Positions 50,401-63,590 are shown, numbered from the stretch's first letter. The stretch is DNA of 64,000 nt from Magallana gigas (GCF_963853765.1 NC_088855.1:57412001-57476000); one strand, 5' to 3'. The notes: generated from the letters alone by a model not told the origin. Numbers and translations are program-made.

Positions 50401-53400
50401 GAGCTGTCACTATAAAGTATTTACCTGAACTGTCACTATAAAGTATATACCTGAACTGTCCCTATAAAGTATATACCTGAACTGTCCCTATAAAGTATTT
50501 ACCTGAGCTGTCACTATAACGTATTTACCCGAGCTGTCATTATAAAGTATTCACCTGAACTGTCACTATAGAGTATTAACCTGAGCTGTCACTATTAGGT
50601 ATCTACCGTAATTCGGTGAATATAATATGCACTTTTTTCCAAGCATTTTTTACCGTGAGAAAGGGGTGCGTATTATACATCCCTATAGGATTTGGACATT
50701 TTTTCCCTAGCTGAAGCACGGGGTATCATACTGCCGTATTACCTGTGCTGTTCACAAACAGGATACCCCGCTATACATCGTAACATTCCTTCATTATCAC
50801 ATATATATTATTATTTAACCCTTAGGAAATCATTGTTATAGCATGTAATTAAAGAAAATGTACACTTTAAGTCTGTTAATAAATAAACTGTTTCAAAATG
50901 GCCTTTAAAACTTAATTTGAACTGCCTATTCTTTTTCTCCGTGTACGCCGCCATTACAGCTGTTATTAATAGAATGCGGACTTGGATGGCCACGTGCTAT
51001 TTGAAGGCGATCTTTGAACAGCTTACACATCATTTGGCTCATTTTTAACCATTTTCAAGTAATGCTAATTAATTTATTGCAAATAATTATGAATATCAAT
51101 AATTCTATAACCTATTCCGTTAATTGAAGCCATTGAAACAGTTGTGCTCCCCCACCGCTAACGCTTGACACCTAGGGTATCTCAGACACCCCTTTAGGCT
51201 ATGTGTACTATACACAACACAACTATTTGTGAATATATTTCATTATGTTCCAGGCCTCTAATTGATCACTTTGATCGGAGTCATTTAAGAATTTAATTAG
51301 GTCTGTTATCTCCATACCTGTACATCGTACGTTTTTCACTTCACAGGGATTGTAATGACAAAACAATTATATCACGCTTGTTAAAAGTAGTTGATTTTAT
51401 TTACGGTAGAATATTTAATACTAGGTCTATTTACAACATTGATTATGAATTAAAGATATTACCGCGATGTATTAGTTGCAATAAATCCGTATCTAAGAAA
51501 ATATTGTGTTATTCTTATTTCCGGTAGCGTATTCCCGGGATGAGGTTGAGCGTGCATACAAAGTATACTGTGGAATCATTAAATTTCGTGGGGGCCAATT
51601 TTCGTGGATTGCTTAAATTTTACAAGTTCGTGGGGACGTAATTTCATGTATTCTGTTAAACCTACAAAGGAAATATGACTTTATTACCATAATTTATTAA
51701 TTCGTGGAGGATGTTAATTCGTGGATGAGAGGTACCCACAAATTTCACGAAAATTGAGCCACCACGAAATCTAATGATTCCACAGTAACTCCTTTGTTGA
51801 TACTCAGGATTACCGTTTGGTCAATTTTTTTTATGCATATTATACATCCCAACAAGCTTTTTTTCACCACTTTCAGACCCAAAGTGGGGGGTGCGTATTG
51901 TACACTACTGCGTATTATATTCACCGGATTACGGTACCTAAGCCATCACTATTGACCACTTACCTGAGCTGTCGCTGTCGTCGTCCTCGTCCCCACTCTG
52001 CCTGTCCTTGCCCTCAGCCTTCATTCTCTCCAGGTAAGCATCATGGTTGTCCTCCTCATCAGATCCGGACATGTCGTCTCTGTACGGAGCTTTATCCTAT
52101 AAAGCACACCAGTCAGCATCAATAGATATATTAATATAAATATCCCTTTAGATGTTATACACAAGTGAACTTATGTAAACCATCAACATTCAGGTATGGC
52201 ATACAGATCAATCTACATTAATTGTATACCTCAGTATCATATATGGTAAATCATAACTTACTCAACGAACACATCAGTAGACATTTTGTACACATTATTA
52301 TCAGTTAAGTTACTTACACGTAACCGTTATCATTTTAGCTTACCCCTTTGCCATTGATATTTTTCACTCTCAATTTCTTGCTGCTGACAAAATCATATAA
52401 TTTTCCGTACTCATCCCTACAAAAAATAACTTTTCTGTTAAGTACACTGAACCCTTTTCCCGGTTTGTGATCAAAGCTTTAGTAGCTAATAACTTTACAC
52501 ATTTTATTAAGAAAGCTCAACAAGAACCTACTTTTCAATACCAACAAAGGTATAAGTGGTCCCTGATTTTGTTTCCACATCAAAATCAAAGGATCTGTTT
52601 GTTCCGGCACTACGAGCAAAGTTGACAGTGACCACTTCATCAAACCTGATGTGTATTGGGGGTTTGTGGACAAAGATGAAGCCTCTCTCCAGGGGATACA
52701 GGAACCCTGTGGCTGCCTTGTAGGAACAGCTGATGGAGTGAGACTTTGTGTTGCTGACAAAGAAACAAAGAAGTCATCCAAGCTGGTCTGGCATCCGAGT
52801 GATGTTAAACACTTGATGTATTAACGGATAAAACTTGCCTGCATATATAAAACATTTGGATACCATGCTTGAATATCGTTAGTGCCTACCTGAAGAATGA
52901 GCCCGGCACTGTGATTTTGCGGTTGGTGACAGCCTTGAACACCCGACTTATGACCTCGTACTCCGCCCCCGACATCTCCTTCTGGAGTTTGTTATCATAC
53001 TTTTCTTGGAGGTCTTCACTAAAATTGAAAATTTCCATCATACTATTTTTTATCAGACAGAATTATAGGATCATATCACAACCATACAGGTTCAAACATT
53101 TAAACAGGAAAGTGAATTAACGATAAAGAAACAGCTTACTCTGATATTCCCAATTCAATGGACATTTCATCATCAATATTAAACAACAGAATACAGAAGT
53201 GATATCGGGTCTGTCCCTGCTTAATTGGAGGGTCCAAACTGATCTGGAAAAAGAAATTCTTACTTAAATCAATATGGAAAAGAAAAAGTTAACTTTTATC
53301 TTATGTAACAGTTTGTTACTAAAGAATCTATATTTGAATGCTCAATGAATACATAAACACATCTATAAAGTGCTAATGATTTATACATGCTATTGACTGT

Positions 53401-56400
53401 CATAAAGCTCACCACAAAGAACATCTGTCTGCCGTCTTTGTGGGGCAGTAAAAACAATCGCAGCACTGTGGTGTAGGGGATCTTGTAGTCAAAAGTCTTT
53501 CCGTGAAGTTGTAAAAATGTGTTGTACATTTTAAAGTCATATCGACCTCTGTAATAGAGAAGAACATCAAAAGCATCAGTTCCATAACCGTTACTTCAGA
53601 CAAAAGATTTCTACAGAAAATTTGAAAGATTTTGGTTCCAACAATTTTCCCCCTTTATAAGTTTTTGGTTTTCATAGTGGGACAGATTTACCTTGGAGTG
53701 AAGCATTGAACTTCTGTAAACACAGCAAGTCATAGTGAGACAGATTTACCTTGGAAAGAAGCATTGAACTTCTGTAAACACAGCAAGTCATAGTGAGACA
53801 GATTTACCTTGGAGTGAAGCATTGAACTTCTGTAAACACAGCAAGTCATAGTGGGACAGATTTACCTTGGAGTGAGACATTGGACTTCTGTAAACACAGC
53901 AAGTCATAGTGGGACAGATTTACCTTGGAGTGAAGCATTGGACTTCTGTAAACACAGCAAGTCATAGTGGGACAGATTTACCTTGGAGTGAAGCATTGAA
54001 CTTCTGTAAACACAGCAAGTCATAGTGGGACAGATTTACCTTGGAGTGAAGCATTGGACTTCTGTAAACACAGCAAGTCATAGTGGGACAGATTTACCTT
54101 GGAGTGAGGCATTGGACTTCTGTAAACACAGCAAGTCATAGTGGGACAGATTTACCTTGGAGTGAGACATTGGACTTCTGTAAACACAGCAAGTCATAGT
54201 GGGACAGATTTACCTTGGAGTGAGGCATTGGACTTCTGTAAACACAGCAAGTGCATCACCAGTAGCCTGGATAATATCTGCTTTCTCTAGAACATTGTTG
54301 TAGAACTCCTGGCAAAATAAGTTAATTAGATGGGTAAATAACACCTTTTTTATAGGAACTAGCATGCAATTTTTTTGCTGCTCAGAGCCTCAGATCCATA
54401 CACTTTGGCTGAACGGTTTTTCCATCAAAAGTAAATTTCTTTTTTTACATGTATTTTATCCTTAATAAATTTTAAAACCTGAATCAGACAACAGTTTGAA
54501 ATTGAAATTATTTGTTGTGTGTTATGCTGCTAGAGTGATAATCCTCGACTCAAACAACCTACTTGAACAAGGTCTTTTTCTGTATCTTTGGGGTCGGGGG
54601 GAATGTGGAACCTCAACTCCATCAGCGATACAGCCGCGTCATCATTAGGGTGGAATTCCAGCGTCACTTCCTGTTTGGCGGTAGTTGTGTGAGAGACGTG
54701 GCTGAGGGGAACCTCAAAACCAATCTTGTTGTCAACATCAAACTCCAAGGCATTTCCTACACATTGAATTCATTAAAGTGAGCACAGTTATCACATATCA
54801 TTGTAATCCCAATAGATACAAGAGGAGTCGAATTTGGAGGAGCATTTACAATGTACACATGTCCAAAGATGAGGAGGCTTGACAACAATTTATAAGATCT
54901 ACAAAGCATATACATGTAAAATCATTTAATTTGTCAATGGATAACAGGCAGACCAAAATACACGTAAAACATCTAGTATTATAATATTTCGAAAGGTATT
55001 ATTCTTAAAATTCATGTACAAATAAACACTCATTATTACATGTTTTTGGGAGTTGATTTTAATCAACTCTCCTATGCAGTTACTCTGGCAAACCGAAACT
55101 GAAACAGTGTTTGGACCTGATTGAACAAGACTAGAGTTCATTATTGGTTGGGTCCATACAATTTTTGAAATATTTCGAATACCGATATATAATTTGATGA
55201 AATCAATTCTATTTTTAAATATTACATAACATGATTCATTAAGAGGTTTTCTCGAAATTCTTGTCGGAAAAGTCAAAGAATTCATAATATAAAAATGTGT
55301 GTAATACAAATACAGATTATAAACTACTTGCCAAGCAAATTAACATATCGATGATTTTAAGATAAATCATAATTGATAAAATCAACTCCTGTCAGTACTT
55401 CAGTACTTTGATTATTATTTAGTTTCAAAGGTGCCATTATATTCTTTGGCTAGTTCGCCAACAGTAAACTTGCAACACATGCATGGAGTTCAATGTAGTA
55501 ACTCCTATATCATAAATATCTCAATAATTCTACATCTTATGGTTTATACCTGTAAAATGTGCTATTCCCCAGTTCCAACCTTTCACTGACAAGTCTTTCT
55601 TTTCTAGACTCACCATGTAGTACTTTGAAATGAAGGCTGCTAGTTTTTCAAATTCCTTATAAAGAAAATGAAACAAATAAGTCATGTACTCCAATTGCAA
55701 AACAACGGAAAATTGACACACTTCATATCACCAATGGAATCATACATTCCTATTTGATAATAGATGCCTTGTAAGAAAACAAAATACAGCTTTACCCCTT
55801 CTTTGAACCCATCATATCTGTGAATGGTGCCATTGGATAGGAGGAATTTGAGGCAGTGTCCCCTGGCCCGCTTTAACCAGTGTACCTTTTCAACATCTGT
55901 GCCTGGGTATTGGTCAATTTTTCCAGTTTTGTTGTTCTTAAAGATGATACTATTACTCTGAAGCTTCAACCTCCCTGGATTCTGCAATGTGCATTCTTAA
56001 AGGATTATGATTTCATATCAAATGTCAAGCTCTAAAATATATATTATTCCAAAAACTATTACACAGTATATATTTTACAGCACATCATATCTGACAATGT
56101 GGCTTCAAATGGACATGGACAGAATTTGAGCTGAATTTTTTTTCAAATTTCATTTGTGCATTTTTAATATTTATAATGCTTCATTACAAGGTCTTTTTCT
56201 GTATCTTTGGGGTCGGGGGGAATGTGTCTCTGTTCAGAATTAAAAGCTCTGTATCTTTCAAATTACGTACAGGACAAATGACATTCAAATTTTGGCTGAA
56301 AATTTTAAATAACCCATTAAAGCATTATATAATTTCCAAAATAGGTCAGGAATCAAATTTTCAGCAAATATTGTATTCATGCCCATTTGAAAATTGTAGT

Positions 56401-56485
56401 TGTTCATTGTAGTGAATGACACAATACATACCAGAGCACCTCTGACCTCTTGAACTACTTCAGGAAATTCTTGAAAATCACTCAT
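44406..56485 (-). CDS. SSRP1: FACT complex subunit SSRP1, ~757 aa
   Basis: 17 coding exons: 56432-56485, 55796-55981, 55550-55655, 54563-54756, 54214-54308, 53413-53548, 53140-53243, 52890-53018, 52532-52753, 52344-52416, 51964-52096, 49653-49698, 49068-49203, 48735-48941, 45002-45114, 44635-44899, 44406-44480; hallmarks [42 protein letters not shown] box [16 protein letters not shown]. Confidence 0.98.
45230..46330. repeat. AT-rich cryptic pentamer-like low-complexity tract (ATATT/ATACA/ATATC)
   Basis: Degenerate short-period repeats; source of I/Y/Q/C-rich spurious ORFs. Confidence 0.75.
45737..46086. mobile_element. Palindrome-terminated non-autonomous element nested in the Helentron
   Basis: 62-bp perfect arms 45747-45808 / 45824-45885 around GGC-GAA-GCC; AATATT at both ends. 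Confidence 0.78.
46400..47830. repeat. ~177-bp tandem repeat, ~7 copies, inside the Helentron
   Basis: gctcagattcagc recurs at 47181, 47358, 47535 and ~47712; more degenerate toward 46400. Confidence 0.88.
48075..48656. mobile_element. Kolobok-like MITE, same family as 22173-22755
   Basis: ttaa-AGGACTATATATG ... CATATATAGTTCT termini; high similarity to the 22-kb copy. Confidence 0.82.
49210..49520. repeat. Degenerate ~28-bp array resembling the acceptor of SSRP1 exon 49068-49203
   Basis: Unit acctgtaaacatcaaaatgctctatcac versus real junction acctgtaaacataattgaatgg. Confidence 0.7.
49850..50603. repeat. 26-bp array copied from the 3' end and donor of SSRP1 exon 51964-52096
   Basis: Unit acctgagctgtcactataaagtattt versus real junction acttacctgagctgtcgct; homogeneous at 50250-50595, degenerate toward 49850. 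Confidence 0.9.
50604..51936. mobile_element. Tc1/mariner-like non-autonomous element with a nested MITE
   Basis: ~28-bp TIRs taccgtaattcggtgaatataatatgca / tgcgtattatattcaccggattacggta with TA ends; no transposase ORF. Confidence 0.82.
51566..51787. mobile_element. Tc1/mariner-like MITE, same family as 25860-26080
   Basis: TIRs tactgtggaatcatta / taatgattccacagta. Confidence 0.82.
53672..54251. repeat. 58-bp tandem repeat, 10 copies, spanning an SSRP1 exon end and its donor
   Basis: Unit = 37 nt of exon 54214-54308 plus the first 21 intron nt; the rightmost copy is the real junction. Confidence 0.97.
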
Positions 56486-57294
56486 TGTTACCTATTTTAC
56501 ATGGAAAAACAATTGTTTAAATCTAGATAGAATGTCCTATTGTTAAAATGACAGATATGACAGATGTCCTACGGACTTGTTTTAATGATAGAATTAGTCC
56601 CATATACTCGCTTTGTAGCAAATAAAAAAAATATATCACGCTGTATCTCGCCTAAATTTTCATATGATTTGTTTCAAATACCTACAATGTTGCTCTTTTA
56701 TAATCCCATTTTACCACATTAACTGTTAAAGCAGCAAAATCACTGACACTTGTATCATTGCGTTTGAAAAATTCGCTGTTTACGGTCGCCACGTTAATAA
56801 TATCCGAGACATTCTGAGAGCAATTTCTGACAAAATGACAGGCAAATTCAAACGCTTCACAGCTGCTACAGTGCAAGTATACGGGACAAATTCTTAATGT
56901 GACCTGAACGTGGCCTGTTCACTGTTAGATTATTCTTTCTAGTTTAAATCAAAATCATCAAACTAATACGGCATGCAAATCGAATACAACAGCTGTACAA
57001 ATACTAGGTTAAATACCAGCAACTCAAATTTTATTCTTAAAACGACTGCAGCGCGAGTTTGAATAAAAATAATTTTGAAATGGACTCATGCTTTCTAAAT
57101 GTTTCATCTTACTTAAAAAAATAAGGTCCTTTATCTGTTTACCATTATTATTGGGTTACTGAAAATGAAGGCATGGTAGACAGAAATCTGCATCTTGTAC
57201 ATACCGAAATCCAGTCTCGATGCCATATTTTATTTACCGATCATGCGTCTATAGAACAATATCAAGAATGCAACAATAACCTACAATGTCATAC

Positions 57295-57360
57295 CTGGTA
57301 CCGAATTTACTAATAAGTTAATCGTGAACAGTCTCTTCAAGATGGCGGGAACTTAATTCA
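57295..57360 (-). promoter_or_regulatory. Probable non-coding first exon / promoter-proximal region of SSRP1 with YY1-like motif
   Basis: Minus strand CCGCCATCTTG at 57338-57348, donor CAG-GTATGA at 57295, acceptor at 56491 just before the ATG. Confidence 0.45.
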
Positions 57361-60300
57361 GAATGCCGATCCCGATATTTGCAATTCCTTATATCAACAA
57401 CAAAATAATTCAAATTCATCAAAGAATTAACTCTCAGACTCATTTGGCTATTAATATTCTATATCAAATCCTGAACATCAAAAATTGTCTAATTGTATTT
57501 AATATTTGGGTTGATTTGAATAATCGTGAATGTGGTAAGGGGTCTTTACATTTACAGTGATTTGCAGTGCAGAGGGTACGAGTGACAGTTAAAGAATGAG
57601 TTGTTAGGGTGGATTATAGATGTTAAAACTGTTGCAAAAAACAAGAAGGTTAGTTGATTTATTACAGTGTATACCATTACTTATATTATGTATTAGAAAG
57701 TATGCTATTTATAATTATTTATCAGTCAATAGTAATCGTAACCAAAGCCTGCCCCCCCCCCCCCTTTTTATGCTGTGCTTACCACTACCACTACGAAAAA
57801 ACAAGTGCATGGATATGATTTTGACTGAACTCCTTATTTTGAATTATTCACAATGATTTTGCCATTCATTATGATTATTAGTTAATTTTAAGAGATCTTA
57901 GATGTGAAGTTTATGTAAACAAACTTAAACTATAGATAATTATTAGATTGATGAACTTGCAGATAAATCCATATCTGTCGTGGTTAAAATGCATGTACCG
58001 TAGATAAACTCAAGTTTAAAAATGCTAAATGAATAATGCTGCTTACGTCTGTAATCTGGCCATACTTTGACCACTAAGCTCATTTCATTGAAATGATTTT
58101 GGTTGCGCAATAGCTTTAAATCTTTTGTTGATCCAGGTTGATAAATGGTCCAATCTAATAAATCAAATTGTACCCTAGATCTTGTAGGAAAAAAACTAGC
58201 AAAATAAACAAGTTTTGTAAAGACAGGCTGTATTAAAGGTGCATACTCAGTAGTATATCGACAATTTACGCTATCATTGCTAAGAAAAAAAATAAATACA
58301 TGTAAGTCTTATTGTAATATTAGGATCAATAGATGGAGTAAACGGCAATCTTTTTTTTTTTACTTTTAAAATAAATTCATGCATTGCTTGGTCTCTGTTA
58401 TGCCATGTTTATTTTTTTAAAACTTTAATTTACATCATTTAATCAATTTTTAAAATTTAAAAAAAAACTATTTTCGTCTGTAATTTTATATAAAAAAAAA
58501 AAAAAATAAATTCAAATATGTGTATGCAAGTGCTTTTCAGATTTTAATATCTTATATTTTTTATATTGGTGGATTTTAGATTATGATTTGATAAAATGAG
58601 TTGTTCTGCATGGTCATATTACAGTCTGCACTGTACATTACAAAATCAATAGTGAATTTGCTGTATCAGCAGCTGATGAAAATCAGATCTCTACAGAACT
58701 CTGACAATCACAAAACAAAAAAAAACCTTAAAGTGAAAGTCATGGGCTGACAGATAACATAAGATCACAAACAAATGCCAGGGCTCTTAAACTGGTTCAC
58801 TTTCGATTTCAGACTCACCGTTACAATTGGATTAGAGTGTTAAAGTAAGACTGCAGAGATCAAAGGCACCACTATAATTAATGTTGCATGTATGTCCCCA
58901 AGAGTTACATTTATCAGAGCTAGATCATTCTCAATCAATCGAAAATTTGCTTATGTAGTCCTGGTTTCATTTGTTATTTGAACATTATCCAACTTTTAAT
59001 CATGAGAGTACCTGTATTATTTATACAGTAATGTATAATATCGACTTTAGTTTTACAAATACTCTAAATAACAGTTAAATGCTTTAATAAATAATAGTTA
59101 ATTTAAAAATGCAAAATGAAGAAAATGGTGCTTTATTGTATAACATATTGCCAAGTATAATGTTCTGTGGAATTATATAGATAAATTGACCAATGTCAAT
59201 AATATGTCAGAATTCTGCTGAAAGTATTAACGCACAAAGTGTACATGGTGAATGCATGTATGCTTGAAATTTCCTTTATCCTTATTTGACTCAGTGATTC
59301 AGATAACATTACAAATGCTCATCCTGTTTAACACTTATCAAACTGGGCAACAGGCATAAAAGGATAAGGATTTTAATTCTACTTTTCTCTGAGTATTTTT
59401 TTTTAATTTACTCTGAGGTAGCAGTTTTTCTTTGTGATGTAATCCACTCTGGTAGTAATGAAGTGCTTCACAATTTGGGCTCCAGCTCCATGGAAAAAAA
59501 TCACATCTGTTTGTCCCACACAATGTTATTTTCTGTGTACAAACATGCTGAGTTTGGATGAGTGCTGAGATTTTACAAACTCCACTGGTCGACATCAAAT
59601 TATTATAATCAAGAATAATAAAGTCAGATATCTTGAAATCTTTCCTTGCAGATTTTGCCTAAATCAGCATGATGGGGTGTCTGAGAATTATTCAGTGAGT
59701 TCCATTTCGGAAAGAAAGTCTGGGAACTGAAGATCGATAAATAATGGTGCGATTTATTGCGTTTATTAGGCAAGAAATCAACCTGATATGAAGCCAATGT
59801 TCTCATTGGACCCCGCCAAAGTTTCTTAAATTGCCTAGAATTATTCCAGTATCTGCAATTCACAAATTGAGGAGATATTAGGTACACGTCACTCTGTGAT
59901 CGTACATCATCAACAATTGGTGATTATGTTTCAGACAAAGGTTATTCGATATTGCAGTCATTTACAACTGTTCCAGGCTATTTTGAATCAATGTACCTAA
60001 ATTGTTACTAAAGAATATGTGTATTATGACAACAGCTGTTGAATAGCAAAATTAATCTACTGGTACCCTACTCTATAATTGATACAAACTTCTAATAAAA
60101 TATATGCTATTTTTGAAATGTAGCTATGTAGATGCACACGATTGAAGAATAAGATTATCCTATAGGGGATCAAATGTTCAAGTACCAACAAAATGTAACA
60201 GCGCTTGATTTACAAGTTTTGTGCGCCCCCACAGTTTATATTTGTAAACAGAATGGAATTGTTGCAATTGTTTTTAATAAGGTATGGGCTGTCTATGCTG

Positions 60301-63250
60301 TGGAGGAATCGATAGAGGCTGGCAGTAGGAGTTCGCTTGTCGCTGGCTACAGAGGCTAGATGTGGAGTATTGATTCAATCTGTAAATATCTCGCTGATGC
60401 TAATGAGTTGTAACCTGCTTTAAGAGCAAGGAACATTTTTCACATGTTTTTTGTTTTTAATTGAACACCTTTGCAACAGATTCAACGTGGATGAGGATGT
60501 ATGTATAGACAACAGAGGTCGAGGGATAGGACTGAATTTGATTCTGTTTGACTGAATAGTGAGGATATTTTTTACTAACTGTGCTAGGGGTGAGTAGTAC
60601 AAGATTTGTAAATCAGTGCTTGTGTGTTATACTCGCCTGTCTGGTCGATGTTGATCTGAGTACTTGTACTAGCTGATGTAAGTATAGTTAACCACAGATA
60701 TGTGACTGTGGACCAGCCAGATTAGGCCCAGAATCCTCATACACCGCCACGCATCTATAACGTTTCCTGTTGTTACGCGAGACTTGCCATTTCTTATTAC
60801 AAACCTCTACATGAGGATTACAGATTTAGACATTAAGTGGCCCTGATTTAGGATGTTGAAAAGTAAGAATAGACATGAAGTCTGCTGCTTTGTTTTTTAA
60901 CGAGGTGTCTTGGATCACAATGGAACTGTTCCGTGCTCTGGGAGTCTGTTTAGCATCGTTTAGGCCCCATTAGGCCGGTGGTATGTTGTGTTTGTTGGCC
61001 TGTAGTCAGCTGTTCCAGCAGACACCAGCTTGCCAAAGAAAGAGCAAGGTTTATCCTCCACAGAATGTTATTGTAGCAATAATACATGATAAGTACTATT
61101 TGTTCTGACATCAGAGAATAAAAGCATTGCCAGAATAATACCATGTACAGAAATTGCACCACATTCCTTAGTTATTATATTGTGAAGCACTTCCCACAGA
61201 ATACTAGAACGTGATGTTGATTTTGGATTTTTTTCCTTAAATTCAACTGTTTTGCTGTCACGGTTTAATGAGCTCAGCTATGTTTTTTAATCTGTCTGGT
61301 AAACATGGTAAAACATACAGTTAATTAATCATTATACTGTTTCCTATATCGTTCATACATCAATTTATTATTGTTTTGTTTGTTGAACATTGTATGCTTT
61401 AGTAATGATTACAAATTTTCAATTTTTATCAAGTTTGCTAAGCTTTAGAGAGCTGTATTTCATATTCCATTTGCTAATTTAATTACAATAATAAGTTTAT
61501 CAAAGGATAATGACTGTCTTTTACAACAGGTTCATTATATTTAGTTAGTAAATTTAAGTATATTTTTCCTGAATTTTTTAAACAATTAGTATTGATACTA
61601 CTTATTGATATTGTAAAATACCAGGTACTGTGTATCAATAGTTGTTTTGTGAATTGTCCTGACCCATGTCCTAAATTATGCTCAACAAAAGTGTCATAAA
61701 CTTAAGTAAGTAGATATTTTTAATAATTATGATATGAACAAAGAGGGATTATTTTTTTAAGGTAGTAAATATGTCTCCATGACAACATGTGATCATTAAG
61801 AAAGAGGAGACAAATGTCATGATATGACCTGATAAGTGTGTCACCTACACAAGTCCGGCAGGGAGATCTGTGTTCCCTGACCATTCACAGACAGGTACTA
61901 ACGAATCCGGATATCCGTAGCGTCTTCCACATTTAGTGGGGAAAGGAAATATCTTGTATGTATACAATAACTGCGAGTAATGTTGTGTGGGAATATCATT
62001 TTAATTAACTTGGCCAGGTATACCAGTCTGCTGGCTTTGTTGATTAGTTAATTTTATGTATATAGATATACAAGTACATTGTATGTACCGGTGTACAGAT
62101 ATACCGTTACAGGATGGGGTTCACCCGCCGGACCTCACTGTTATTAACTACAGAGTATAGAGGGTAAAGCCAGTGTAAAGTGGCCTAATAGCTAATTATA
62201 TATCAGTTCATACCAAGTGCAAAATACTGTGTAACCCAAACCTAGTGCTTTACAGAAACTCACTTATCGTGCAGTATCAACCCATTTATCAAGCTGTTGA
62301 AGCACCTTGTCAGAGTTTTAACCAGGTTTAATGTTGTCAGGGAATTTTTATTGTCCATTCCTAAGATTAAACCAAAACAATGACACACCAGGTAGTTGAG
62401 AGTCCTGGAGGAGTCCCTCGTGAGTTCTGGTTCCATCTCCTGTGATTGAGGTCTCTGATGTTTGAATAGCTGCAGCATTCTAAAACCACTCAGTGCAATG
62501 ATTCAATGAACAGGAAGTAGTTCTAATAAATGAGTTGAGCTCTTTTGTAAAGGAACGCTGGTTCACTTAGCAGCAAAAAATCATCTTTAAAATTTCCTTA
62601 TTATAGTTGAGCTTATCTATATCCTATTTCTCAAATATAATGGAAAATGTCAACGTAAGTTCACATGCATGTTCCAATTATTTATCGCTTCTTTTACCTC
62701 TACATTTCAAATCCTGAAATCTCTGAGGTTTTCCTCTCTTCTCCTTTGAGATAAAGAGGTTTGAGAATAGATATGATGTATATATTGCAGTTTGAGCATA
62801 GACAGATTCCAAACTATGAATGCTTTATTTATTTGTATGGTTTACTGAGGTAGCGACAAATAGCGACGACTGTGACAGTGATCTGTTGGTATTGATTTTT
62901 ACCTGTAAATGGGCAAAAAAGGCTCAATCCTGCTTGTTTATACCGATGGGATTGCAGTTGTTTTGGAATTAAGATACCTACATTATGAAAAAAATGGTTT
63001 GGATATTGATTTAGATCTAGATGCTGGTGTTATAAGAGGATAAGTATGGGGATGTGTAGTACCAGAGTGACTGCTGATTTCTGTCAGACCTGGTTATCTT
63101 TGAGGCTGTCTGGGGCTGCTCTTTTGTAGAGTAGGTGTTGAGCAGTCCATTAGCACCAGCACTATCATTGAACCGTAATGTAGATGAAAAGGTTGAACTA
63201 AAGCCCGTCCCCTGGATTAGCCCATTTATCTAATGGTATTCGACTGTAGT

Positions 63251-63590
63251 CTATCCTCTGGAGGATACAGACATTGGTACAGTTTACTAGCTTCTATCCT
63301 CTGGAGGATACAAACATTGGTACAGTTTACTAGGTTCTATCCTCTGGAGGATACAAACATTAGTACAGTATATTAGGATATATCGTCTAGATGATACAGA
63401 CATTGGTACATTTTACTAGGTTCTATCCTCTGGAGGATACAAACATTAGTACAGTATATTAGGATATATCGTCTAGATGATACAAACATTGGTACATTTT
63501 ACTAGGTTCTATCCTCTGGAGGATACAAACATTAGTACAGTATATTAGGATATATCCTCTAGATGATACAGACATTGGTACATTTTAACT
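63251..63590. repeat. 43-bp tandem repeat, ~8 copies, partly in alternating (86-bp) form
   Basis: Unit tctatcctctggaggatacaaacattggtacagtttactaggt; two variants alternate from ~63335; remnant at 63948-64000. Confidence 0.92.

Noticed and set aside
50604-51936. Autonomous transposon
   Set aside because: TIRs present but no transposase ORF or DDE/DDD motif; no autonomous element found anywhere in the window
59338-61162. Short ORFs suggesting a decayed gene or viral envelope remnant (e.g. MRILGLIWLV near 60740 on the minus strand)
   Set aside because: Frames are broken by stops, with no consistent splice model or recognisable motif
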